Assembly (NCBI GenBank): GCA_903839975.1
Contig: CAIMEH010000013.1
Coordinates: 15,999-79,998, forward strand
Direction: 5' to 3'
Length of the DNA: 64,000 bases
Source of the DNA: an uncultured Candidatus Berkelbacteria bacterium
GTDB taxonomy: Bacteria; Patescibacteriota; UBA1384; 2-12-FULL-50-11
Below the pieces are notes generated by a model. The model searched no databases. It saw only the letters and a program-made list of their open reading frames with translations, and was not told the origin of the DNA. Shown in pieces: positions 32,652-40,972 of the stretch; positions within the stretch are counted from its first letter, which is position 1; the number at the start of each line of letters is the position of its first letter. A program made the translations under genes and the position numbers.

Positions 32652-33389
32652 GTGGAAGACGGAATTACCCCTATTCAAAAACAAGTTGATCATGCTGAAA
32701 ATATGATCGAGAGGACATTTTCAAACTATCCCGACGCCAAAAGGCTTCAAAGAGCCATGGGCAATGCCGACTGGAAAAAGCGCCTATGGGCGCTAGCAGA
32801 CGAGCTTGGCTTCGACCCAACCAAAATCTTGGAACGGGCTCGTTTCGAAGTTTATGGCAAGTTTCTGGGTTTTGATTGCCCAGACTTAACCCAGCTAGCT
32901 ATCCCAGCACCTAGGAATGGTTTCAATTGGATTCGTCCAATCGTAGCAATTCACGAAAAGGCCCCAAATGAAGCTGCCTTCCAGCAGCTAAAGAAGCAGT
33001 TTGGTGATAAGGCGTGGAAGTACACCGATAAGGTGCTTGACGAGGTGATAAAAGACAACGACCGTGACCCCCTTAAAAGCGGGCCTTACGTCATCCGAGC
33101 GCGCGACCGAGTTGAAGCTGACGAGGAGCTAAAAAACTTTTCAGCTAACCAACTGACTGAGCGCAAGATTGCTGGTAACACGCTCTATGAGCGACAGATA
33201 CTTGAAGCCTTTCACTATGTGGAAACCGGTGAACATTTAGACGTGGTGAATGTTACGCTCTGTTCAGGGTCACGTGGCTCCGACGGTAGCGTCCCGGACT
33301 ACTACTGGTACAACGGCGAGTTCAGGGTCCTTTGGTACTTTCCCGACGACCACAACGACAACTTGCGTGCCCGTGAGGTGGTTTCCTAA
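32652..33389 (+). CDS. DGR target (variable) protein with C-terminal CLec-like variable region
   Basis: Its 3' end (33266-33386) is a near-copy of the TR; ends SGSR..VP..W....RV.W..PD....LRAREVVS. Confidence 0.9.
   Translation: MEDGITPIQKQVDHAENMIERTFSNYPDAKRLQRAMGNADWKKRLWALADELGFDPTKILERARFEVYGKFLGFDCPDLTQLAIPAPRNGFNWIRPIVAIHEKAPNEAAFQQLKKQFGDKAWKYTDKVLDEVIKDNDRDPLKSGPYVIRARDRVEADEELKNFSANQLTERKIAGNTLYERQILEAFHYVETGEHLDVVNVTLCSGSRGSDGSVPDYYWYNGEFRVLWYFPDDHNDNLRAREVVS
33266..33386 (+). repeat. DGR variable region (VR)
   Basis: 121-bp ungapped match to TR with 17 mismatches, 15 of them at TR adenines. Confidence 0.95.
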
Positions 33390-33416
33390 CCCTTCTTCCT
33401 TTTCTCTTTTTCCCTT

Positions 33417-33456
33417 GCCCAGCCCAATGTTTTGCTCTGCAAAACTAGGGCTGGGC
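33417..33456 (+). other. Hairpin downstream of VR (DGR target-recognition cruciform and/or terminator)
   Basis: GCCCAGCCC-aat-GTTTTGC-tct-GCAAAAC-ta-GGGCTGGGC, about 30 nt after VR. Confidence 0.7.
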
Positions 33457-33659
33457 TTTCTTTATGGCCAAAATTTTAATACTGTTGTTTTGGCTACAAA
33501 ACCGGTTCGTAGTTCGTTCGAATAGCGGTTTGCCAGCATTAGGAAACTACGTGCCAAGTTCAAAGAGGGTTGCTTCTACGCATGCCTCGTAATGCATCGC
33601 GAAAAGAAAATGTTTAATTTTCTGCTTATTTTGGCTCATACAGAAGGATAAGGCACATA

Positions 33660-33780
33660 AGGGTCACGTAACTCCAACGGTAACGTCCCGAACTGCAACT
33701 GGTACAACGACAAGTTCAGGGTCAATTGGTACAATCCCGACAACCACAACGACAACTTGCGTGCCCGTGAGATAGTCTCC
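33660..33780 (+). ncRNA. DGR template region (TR)
   Basis: AAC-rich invariant copy of VR, lying between the target gene and RT. Confidence 0.95.
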
Positions 33781-33783
33781 GAA

Positions 33784-33813
33784 ACGAACCCCGCTGTATT
33801 TAGCGGGGTTCGT
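33784..33813. other. 12-bp hairpin directly 3' of TR, containing the avd stop codon
   Basis: ACGAACCCCGCT-gtattt-AGCGGGGTTCGT. Confidence 0.75.
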
Positions 33814-34206
33814 GATCTAATGATTTTATCCAACCGTTAGTCATCTGTGAGATTTCCTGAAGCTCTTGCGATACTAACACATAGTTTCTTGGCTTGATTA
33901 TTTTTAGCTCATAGCTAACTCTAATTAGCCTCTTCTCTAGCTCAACCTCTCTGCGTAATTTTTTAAGGTTAGGTAGCTTCTCTTGTTTGGGTAAAAAAGC
34001 CGCCTCTACAGCCAGTGTTAAGCTGTTTAAGCACGAGTTTTCGATCCTCGTAAATATTCCTAACTTGTCCCTCTTGGGTAGACTTGAGCTAAGGCTGTAA
34101 ATCTGTTTGTATAATTCAATAATCTTATGAACAACGGGAACATCGTTTGTGGAAAACTTTCCCGAGAGAGAGAGAGGGAGAGAGAGCTAAAAGAGTCTTT
34201 TTCCAT
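33800..34206 (-). CDS. avd: Avd-like four-helix-bundle DGR accessory protein; currently out of frame with its ATG
   Basis: Hand translation of the open frame 33800-34186 gives DVPVVHKIIELYKQIYSLSSSLPKRDKLGIFTRIEN...LIRVSYELKII...LQEISQMTNGWIKS. No early in-frame ATG/GTG/TTG. ATG 34206 joins this frame after loss of 2 nt in the (TC)n tract. Confidence 0.85.
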
Positions 34207-35184
34207 GAAGGTACTTTCGCAAAAATAATCTCTTTAGACAACCTATTCTTGGCATGGGCGAATTATTGTAAGGGCAAGAGGAGTAAAGATGATGTTCAGA
34301 AATTTGAATTTTCGCTAGAAGACAATATTTTCCAGCTTCATAACGAGTTGCTAGCGCACAAATACAGTCCAGGAAAATACCAACAATTTTTAATCACTGA
34401 CCCCAAAAAGCGAGTCATAAGCAAAGCACTGGTTCGCGATCGTTTGCTTCATCAAGCGATTTATCAGATTCTTTATCCGCTCTACGACAAAACTTTTATT
34501 TTTGATAGCTATTCATGTCGCAACGGTAAAGGAACGCACAAAGCATTTGCTCGGCTTGTTTCCATGACGCAAAAAGTCAGTCGCAGCTACACCGCACCTT
34601 GTTGGGCGTTGAAGATGGATATTAGAAGGTTTTTTGACAGTATCGACCACGAAACTTTGCTTGAGCTTCTTGGGCAAAGAATAAACGATGCTTACTTAAT
34701 GACGCTACTGGAAAATATTGTAAGAAGCTTTGAATTCAGCCCAGGCAAGGGTATGCCACTTGGAAATCTAACTAGTCAGCTTTTTGCCAATATCTACATG
34801 GATCCGTTAGATAAATTCTTAAAACACAAACTAAATGCTAAATACTATCTGCGCTACGCCGATGATTTTGCAGTTGTCTCGTCAGACCATGATGAATTAC
34901 TTGGGTATTTTATTGAGATAAATAGTTTTCTTAAAGAAAAACTAAAACTATCGTTCCATCCGAATAAAATTGGTCTCCGTAAATTAAGCTGGGGCATTGA
35001 TTTTGTCGGCTATGTGGCGTTACCGCACTATCAATTACCAAGAAATAAAACCGTAAAGCGAATATTGAAGAAAGTCGCAAAATCTTCCGAAGAGGAATTG
35101 TCAAAAACTTTGCCGTCGTACCTTGGCTATCTTAACCACGCTTCAAGCCACAAAGTTACTAAAAAAATAATGCCTTCTACCTAG
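34147..35184 (+). CDS. DGR reverse transcriptase (start either TTG 34147 or, after a 2-nt contraction, ATG 34127)
   Basis: RDRLLHQA, SYSCRNGKGTH, KMDIRRFFDSIDH, GMPLGNLTSQLFAN (DGR-type SQ), YLRYADDF, GIDFVGY. Confidence 0.95.
   Translation: MWKTFPREREGERAKRVFFHEGTFAKIISLDNLFLAWANYCKGKRSKDDVQKFEFSLEDNIFQLHNELLAHKYSPGKYQQFLITDPKKRVISKALVRDRLLHQAIYQILYPLYDKTFIFDSYSCRNGKGTHKAFARLVSMTQKVSRSYTAPCWALKMDIRRFFDSIDHETLLELLGQRINDAYLMTLLENIVRSFEFSPGKGMPLGNLTSQLFANIYMDPLDKFLKHKLNAKYYLRYADDFAVVSSDHDELLGYFIEINSFLKEKLKLSFHPNKIGLRKLSWGIDFVGYVALPHYQLPRNKTVKRILKKVAKSSEEELSKTLPSYLGYLNHASSHKVTKKIMPST
34164..34186. repeat. (GA)6GG(GA)4G microsatellite in the avd/RT head-to-head overlap
   Basis: GAGAGAGAGAGAGGGAGAGAGAG read directly. 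Confidence 0.95.
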
Positions 35185-35221
35185 CTACTTTTGGTTGCAC
35201 AAATTTTTTATCTTACTTGAA

Positions 35222-35255
35222 GGCATAAATATGACCTATAGGTCATATTTATGCC
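35222..35255. repeat. Palindrome copy 3 (perfect 34-bp palindrome)
   Basis: GGCATAAATATGACCTATAGGTCATATTTATGCC, 37 nt after the RT stop. Confidence 0.9.
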
Positions 35256-35308
35256 AATAGTTATCATTGAGTGAAGCCAGAAACCCCAAAAACAGGTACA
35301 ATACAAAC

Positions 35309-36769
35309 ATGGAAAACGAAGAAATCAGAGTTCGATTTGCCCCGTCACCAACCGGCAAATTCCACATTGGTAGTGCCAGAACGGCTCTGTTCAACTATCT
35401 TTTTGCCAAGAAAATGGGCGGCAAGTTTATTCTGCGTATCGAAGACACCGACAAAGAACGTAGCAGCGAAGAATATACCCAAGACATTATCAACTCACTT
35501 CTCTGGCTGGGTATCGGTTGGGACGAAGGTCCGCAGGTTGGTGGCGAGTACGGCCCGTATTTTCAGACCCAACGCCTAGGTTCGTACAAAAAATTTGCCG
35601 ACAAACTTTTAGAGGACAAAAAAGCCTACAAGTGTTTTTGCACGGCAGAAGAACTTGAAGCAGAGCGAACCGCTCAACACGCTGCCAAGCAAGCACCAAA
35701 GTACTCTGGCAAATGTCGCAATCTGACCCCTGAACAAGTAGCCGAGAACGAGAAGGCCGGCAAGCCGTTTGCTATCCGTTTTATCACCCAAGAGAAGAAG
35801 GTAGATTTTGACGATCTGATCAAAGGTCATATCAGTTACGACGCAGGGTTAATAGGCGATTTTACAATCGTTCGTTCCGACGGCATGCCACTTTTCACTT
35901 TCGCAGTTGTTGTTGACGATTACGAGATGAAAATCAGCCACGTTTTGCGAGGCGAAGAACATCTGCCAAACGCCGCCAAACATATTCTGATTGCTGAAGC
36001 AATGCAGATTATGCCACCGCAGTTTGGCCACATGCCGTTAATTTTGAATACCGACAAAACCAAGATGAGTAAGCGCAAAGATCCAGTTTCTGTGACCGAC
36101 GACTATCGGGCCAAAGGCTACCTGCCAGACGCCTTGGTTAACTTTATCGCCTTGCTCGGTTGGAATAACACCGACGATCAAGAAATTTATTCCATGAAAG
36201 AGCTGATTCAGGAGTTCCAGATCGAGCGTGTCGGCAAAAGTCCATCCATCTTTGATCGCGAAAAATTGCTTTGGATGAATGGTTTGTACATCCGCCATCT
36301 AACTGTTGGCGAGTTGGCATCGCAAGCCCAGAATTTTATTACCGACAAAGAGTTGGAAGATAAGATTATGGAGCGGCCAGATTTCTACCTTCAGGCTGTG
36401 GCTCTGGTTCAAGATCGCTTAAAATTACTCAGCGAAGTTCAGGAGATGATTAAGTTTTTCTTCTTCCCGCAAGAGTATGATGCCGAAGTTTTGATCGCCA
36501 AAAAATCAGATAAAACACGCACAGCTTTGGCTCTAAAGCTGGCCGAGGAAGAACTGGCCAAACTAACCAAATTCTCTCACGACGAGACCGAATCAACTCT
36601 GCGAGCCGCCGCTCAAGTTAACGAGCTGCAAGCCGGTGAAATTTTATGGTCGGTTCGTGCCGCCCTTTCCGGAAGTTCTGCATCGCCAGGAGTATTCGAA
36701 TTACTCGAGGTATTCGGCAAAGACGAATCCCTAAAACGCATCGCCACTGCCCGCACAAAACTTGCCTAA
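35309..36769 (+). CDS. gltX: Glutamate--tRNA ligase
   Basis: RVRFAPSPTG, HIGS, LRIEDTD, KMSKR; start placed at ATG 35309. Confidence 0.97.
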   Translation: MENEEIRVRFAPSPTGKFHIGSARTALFNYLFAKKMGGKFILRIEDTDKERSSEEYTQDIINSLLWLGIGWDEGPQVGGEYGPYFQTQRLGSYKKFADKLLEDKKAYKCFCTAEELEAERTAQHAAKQAPKYSGKCRNLTPEQVAENEKAGKPFAIRFITQEKKVDFDDLIKGHISYDAGLIGDFTIVRSDGMPLFTFAVVVDDYEMKISHVLRGEEHLPNAAKHILIAEAMQIMPPQFGHMPLILNTDKTKMSKRKDPVSVTDDYRAKGYLPDALVNFIALLGWNNTDDQEIYSMKELIQEFQIERVGKSPSIFDREKLLWMNGLYIRHLTVGELASQAQNFITDKELEDKIMERPDFYLQAVALVQDRLKLLSEVQEMIKFFFFPQEYDAEVLIAKKSDKTRTALALKLAEEELAKLTKFSHDETESTLRAAAQVNELQAGEILWSVRAALSGSSASPGVFELLEVFGKDESLKRIATARTKLA

Positions 36770-36837
36770 CTTAATTTTTCTGCTTACTCTTGTATTAAGA
36801 GTGTCTCGTTAATAGTAGACGCAATAGGAGGAGAGAG

Positions 36838-37041
36838 ATGAAAATATTAGCATCAGTAAGTTCGCTTTTGGCCTTGGTTGGTTTGTACATGGTATACGCA
36901 GGTAGCCTATCGAATACCTGGGGTTATCTATTGTTTGCCTACTTCTTAGTAGTCAACTTGGTTGGTTTGTTCATGGGCGGCAAAAAGGATGAGGCTTCCT
37001 CACCATCGATGCCATCAACCCCAACAACTCCAACAGTCTAA
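36838..37041 (+). CDS. Small two-TM membrane protein
   Basis: 67 aa, AGGAGG SD, terminator at about 37052-37090. Confidence 0.7.
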   Translation: MKILASVSSLLALVGLYMVYAGSLSNTWGYLLFAYFLVVNLVGLFMGGKKDEASSPSMPSTPTTPTV

Positions 37042-37115
37042 TTGAATTTGGAAAAAGAAAGAGACAGGGTTAAAATCCTGTCTCTTTTTTGGTAGAATTA
37101 CAGAAGTAATATCGA

Positions 37116-37187
37116 TGCCGGGTCGTCTAGTGGTAGGACGATTGCCTCTGGAGCAATAAATCGAAGGTTCGAATCCTTCCCCGGCAA
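37116..37187 (+). tRNA. tRNA-Gln (CTG)
   Basis: Acceptor TGCCGGG/CCCGGCA, anticodon arm ATTGC-ctCTGga-GCAAT, T arm GAAGG-TTCGAAT-CCTTC; no encoded CCA. Confidence 0.93.
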
Positions 37188-37258
37188 CATAAGAAAAGTC
37201 CCCTTGTGGGGCTTTTTCTTTTGTTGCCTAGATTCGAACCGCAAGCTGATAGGCTTGT

Positions 37259-37332
37259 AAGGTTCGCTAACGAGCGTAACGAAGTGAAGCGAGTTTTACG
37301 CAGTGAAGCGGAGTCCTCCTTCCCCGGCAACA
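37259..37332 (+). repeat. Copy of the tRNA-Gln T-arm and 3' end, interrupted in the T-loop
   Basis: AAGGTTCG + ~50-nt insert + TCCTTCCCCGGCAACA. Confidence 0.65.
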
Positions 37333-37375
37333 AAAAGTAAATATTGAGAAGTGAGCGACGGCACGTCGCGAAAAC

Positions 37376-37468
37376 GGTAGGACGCTTGCCTCTGGAGCAG
37401 GAGATCTCGCTACGCTCGAGCTCTCACACTTCGTGTTCGACATCGAAGGGAATCCCTCCCCGGCAACA
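37376..37468 (+). pseudogene. Degenerate tRNA-Gln copy with an insertion in the variable loop
   Basis: GGTAGGACG-CTTGCCTCTGGAGCAG + ~39-nt insert + TCGAAGG---GAATCCCTCCCCGGCAACA; TTC lost, no matching 5' acceptor strand. Confidence 0.75.
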
Positions 37469-37766
37469 AAAAAATAGAGCCAAGGTATTAGCTTGGCTCT
37501 TCGAGAATAGCGGGATGAGTCTTATTGGCATTTAAATACCTAGGTTTAGCTTATCTAAGCTTAAGACCTGACTAAACTTGTGCGGTATTTCCTAGATAAC
37601 AGATGACTTCATAGCTCCGTTTCCATTTGCACGGCTTTTTAGGGCGGTGCTTTTTTGTGTCAGCGTGGGCCTGTCTACTTGCTTCTTGTCTACCGACAGT
37701 GTTCAAGTACCTAGTTGGGCTGTCGCCTGATCTGCCTCAATTCCTCATCCGACTCGTTAACGTGCA

Positions 37767-38765
37767 TTAGCATTGTCGCACAGAATTTCGATAATTCAAG
37801 GCTAGTACTTCCAGTGCCTCTTGATGGCTGTTAGTGGCCATTAGTTTTTCTCGTAAGTCGGCGGCGCCATCGAAGCCGCTAACGTAAATTTTGAAGTACT
37901 TCTTGAGTGGCGGATAACATTTCTCACCTGTCCAGGTTTTTTCGTGAAGTTTGATATGATGGACAAGAAGTGAGATGAGCTCCGTATTTTTTGAGGTTGC
38001 CCTATTCATGCTGAATACCAGGGGATTATGAAATATTCCGCGGCCAATCATAACGCCGTCTATGCCATATTTTTTTACCAGCTCTTCGCCCTGTTCTCTT
38101 GATAATATATCGCCGTTGGCGATTATTTTTGTTTCTGGCGAAATCTTGTCACGAAGTTCCACTATCTTGGTTAGTTCGTCGTATTGAGCCGGCGCTTTGC
38201 TCATCTGAACAGCGGTACGTAAGTGAATGGTTGAGGCAGCCAATTTGAACCCAAGTAAAAAGCTAATCCACCTCTCGGTATCTACTGTTTTGTATCCAAG
38301 ACGAGTTTTAACGCTGACAGGCAGATTTTTGCCAGCCGCTTTTTGGACGGCGGTAATAATTTCTCCGGCAAGTTGTTCGTTGTTAATTAGAGCGGCGCAG
38401 GCACCTTTCCTGACAACCGTTTTCTCTGGGCAGCCCATATTGATGTCGACACCGGCAAAGCCCGCTCTCTTAATGTATTTAGTTAAGGTAGTAAAATTCT
38501 CTGGTTTTAACCCCCAGATCTGAGCGATGAGGGGTTGTTCTTCTGGGGTAAACTTAAGTTTCTGGGATACTTTTTCTCTCCCTACTGAGCAAAAACCATC
38601 AGCGTTCACGAATTCAGTAAAAAATAGATCAGGTTTGGCAGTGCCAGCGATTATTCCGCAGGACTCTGAAGCGCCAGTGATGATACGACGAAAAACGGTG
38701 TCAGTGACATCGTCCATGGGAGCAAGCACAAAAAACGGATGCGGTAGCTCGTCGTAAATATTCAT
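37767..38765 (-). CDS. tRNA-dihydrouridine synthase
   Basis: LAPMDDVTD, DINMGCP, SVKTRLG, IANGDI, GVMIGRG. Confidence 0.93.
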   Translation of the reverse strand: MNIYDELPHPFFVLAPMDDVTDTVFRRIITGASESCGIIAGTAKPDLFFTEFVNADGFCSVGREKVSQKLKFTPEEQPLIAQIWGLKPENFTTLTKYIKRAGFAGVDINMGCPEKTVVRKGACAALINNEQLAGEIITAVQKAAGKNLPVSVKTRLGYKTVDTERWISFLLGFKLAASTIHLRTAVQMSKAPAQYDELTKIVELRDKISPETKIIANGDILSREQGEELVKKYGIDGVMIGRGIFHNPLVFSMNRATSKNTELISLLVHHIKLHEKTWTGEKCYPPLKKYFKIYVSGFDGAADLREKLMATNSHQEALEVLALNYRNSVRQC

Positions 38766-38860
38766 CTTAGTAATTTTACCAGTAAATATGGCATAAACCG
38801 AGTGTATTAGGGTAAATAATCTTGACACAGTAGTTTAGGGTGCTAGCATTATGTTGAACC

Positions 38861-39343
38861 ATGACTGAAGATAACAAACCAACCTACAAACAAATGTTCC
38901 GCTCGAAATCCGACCGAATGCTTTTTGGCGTCTGCGCTGGTATCGCCAAATATTTTGAAATCGACCCAGTTCTCGTTCGAGTTCTATTTGTAATCTCGGC
39001 TTTCTTCGGTGGCTTCGGAGTTTTGGTTTACATCGTTCTGGCAATCGTCATGCCGGAAGAGGGTAAAGAAGCGCCTATGAACAAGGAAGATTTCAAGAAA
39101 AATGCCGAGGAGTTTGGCAAAGAAATGAAAGATAGCGCTGAAAAGTTCTCTCAGGATTGGCGCGAGCATAAGCACGAACATCGCTACCACAGCGGCGGCC
39201 GTTTTTGGGTTGGTGCCTTACTACTATTCTTTGGCGTTATGTTCTTGCTTGGTAGTCTTGGCTTTGTCGCATTCTCGATAATCGGCCATCTTTGGCCAGT
39301 AATCTTAATTCTTGTTGGCATCTCAATTTTACTGCGCGACTAA
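38861..39343 (+). CDS. PspC domain membrane protein
   Basis: RSKSDRMLFGVCAGIAKYFEIDP. Confidence 0.9.
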   Translation: MTEDNKPTYKQMFRSKSDRMLFGVCAGIAKYFEIDPVLVRVLFVISAFFGGFGVLVYIVLAIVMPEEGKEAPMNKEDFKKNAEEFGKEMKDSAEKFSQDWREHKHEHRYHSGGRFWVGALLLFFGVMFLLGSLGFVAFSIIGHLWPVILILVGISILLRD

Positions 39344-39344
39344 G

Positions 39345-39716
39345 ATGGAAGAAGCACAGGTTAGTTACTACAAACATTACCGAGCTGGTCGGGGACTTGT
39401 TTGGGCGTTTATCCTAATCTCGGCCGGGATAGTTCTGTTACTAAATAACCTAGGCTATCTTTCTCAAGATGTTTGGCAGGTCATCTGGAGATTCTGGCCA
39501 GTACTGGTAATAATCTGGGGAATTCGGGCAATTTTGGGCCGAAACGCAGTTTCATATTACATCGCCAATATATTAGGCGTCTTAATTATTCTTAGCGTCT
39601 TATTCTACGTGCTGATGGCTAGCCACACCGGACTGGGTAACTGGTTAGTTGATCACTACACAAATATCGCCAACTACTCCTTTCCCGGCACCGGCAGTAT
39701 TCTAAACTACCGCTAA
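39345..39716 (+). CDS. LiaF/DUF5668-like membrane protein
   Basis: LISAGIVLLLNNLG..WRFWPVLVIIWG; follows the PspC gene. Confidence 0.75.
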   Translation: MEEAQVSYYKHYRAGRGLVWAFILISAGIVLLLNNLGYLSQDVWQVIWRFWPVLVIIWGIRAILGRNAVSYYIANILGVLIILSVLFYVLMASHTGLGNWLVDHYTNIANYSFPGTGSILNYR

Positions 39717-39803
39717 ATCATAAAGCGTAATCTCAGACTAATTTAGGATATTGCTTTTTGCGCTCGAAAAAACTAACAATTAAATTTCCTGGAGGAATAT
39801 TAC

Positions 39804-40928
39804 ATGCAAAAAGACAAATTTGGCCCTGAGACGATATACGAAATTTACGACCCAAAAATTGGCCTAGAAGCCTACCTGGTAATAGATAATACGGCGATGG
39901 GCGTGGGCAAGGGCGGAATTCGGATGACGCCTGATGTTTCGAAAGAAGAGGTCTTCCGGCTGGCTCGCACGATGACCTGGAAGAATGCCTTATTCGATCT
40001 GCCATTTGGCGGCGCCAAAGCCGGTATCAGATGGAACGGTGGCGACGAGGCCAAAAAGCGTGAAGCTGTGGAGAGCTTTGCCCGGGCAATCGAGCCGATT
40101 CTTGTTACCAGATATATTGCTGGTCCAGATGTGGCCACTGGAGAGGAACAGATGAAATGGATCGCCCAGACCGTCAATAATTTCAAAGCTACAACTGGAA
40201 AACCAAAAGATTTCTGTGAGGCTGGCCAGTGTGGCTTGCCACACGAACTTGGCTCGACTGGTTATGGCGTAGTTCAGTCGACACTTGAGGCTTTAAAGTT
40301 CCAAGGTATTGATCCAAAAGATGTTACTGTTGCTATTGAAGGTTTCGGTAATGTCGGAACATTTGCTTTCAAACACTTGTCTGAAGCTGGCGCCAAAATC
40401 GTAGCCGTATCAGATATTAAAGGCACGGCTTTTAACGAAAAAGGCTTAAAAATGGATGACCTCATCAAAGCCCAAAAAGAAAAAGGCTCGGTTAAGTTTG
40501 CCCAAGGTGCTACCGAAATGACGCACGATGAGATCTTTGGTCTGGAGGTGGACATTCTGATTCCGGCTGCCACAACTGACGTAATTAACGACTCAAACAA
40601 AGATGGCGTTAAGGCCAAGATTATTGTTGAAGGTGCAAACATCCCGATGACCGAATCAATTGAAAAAGAACTGGTCGCTAAAGGAATATTGATAATTCCC
40701 GACTTTGTCGCTAATGGTGGTGGGGTCATTTCTTCGTACTGTGAGCACGTTGGCAAGAAGCCTGAGGAGATGTTCGAGATTGTCAAAGAAAAGATTACCA
40801 CGGCCACTAGAGCGGTATTAGAGCGGGCCAAAAAGGACAACCGGACCTTGCGCGAGGTTGCTTACGACATCGCCCGGGAAAAAGTAGAAGTGGCTATGGA
40901 AAAACGTGCCACAACGTTCAATATTTAG
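39804..40928 (+). CDS. Glu/Leu/Phe/Val dehydrogenase
   Basis: GKGGIR, GGAKAG, GFGNVG, EGAN, PDFVANGGGV. Confidence 0.93.
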   Translation: MQKDKFGPETIYEIYDPKIGLEAYLVIDNTAMGVGKGGIRMTPDVSKEEVFRLARTMTWKNALFDLPFGGAKAGIRWNGGDEAKKREAVESFARAIEPILVTRYIAGPDVATGEEQMKWIAQTVNNFKATTGKPKDFCEAGQCGLPHELGSTGYGVVQSTLEALKFQGIDPKDVTVAIEGFGNVGTFAFKHLSEAGAKIVAVSDIKGTAFNEKGLKMDDLIKAQKEKGSVKFAQGATEMTHDEIFGLEVDILIPAATTDVINDSNKDGVKAKIIVEGANIPMTESIEKELVAKGILIIPDFVANGGGVISSYCEHVGKKPEEMFEIVKEKITTATRAVLERAKKDNRTLREVAYDIAREKVEVAMEKRATTFNI

Positions 40929-40972
40929 GCAAAAGACACTGTTGCTTGGAAATCTAGTATGCTGGAAAGAGC

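Noticed and set aside
33266..33780. VR/TR or the three palindromes as a CRISPR array
   Set aside because: No regular repeat-spacer period and no cas genes; adenine-specific mismatches identify a DGR.
33250..33833. ORFs 33250-33525 (+) and 33636-33833 (-)
   Set aside because: They are alternate-frame or antisense readings of VR and TR; the AAC repeats keep frames open.
34147..35184. RT as a group II intron or retron RT
   Set aside because: It is short, has no evident maturase/endonuclease extension, carries the SQ motif and sits beside TR, VR and avd.
37500..37766. Possible tmRNA or other ncRNA downstream of the tRNA remnants
   Set aside because: No tRNA-like ends or tag-peptide frame could be recognised.
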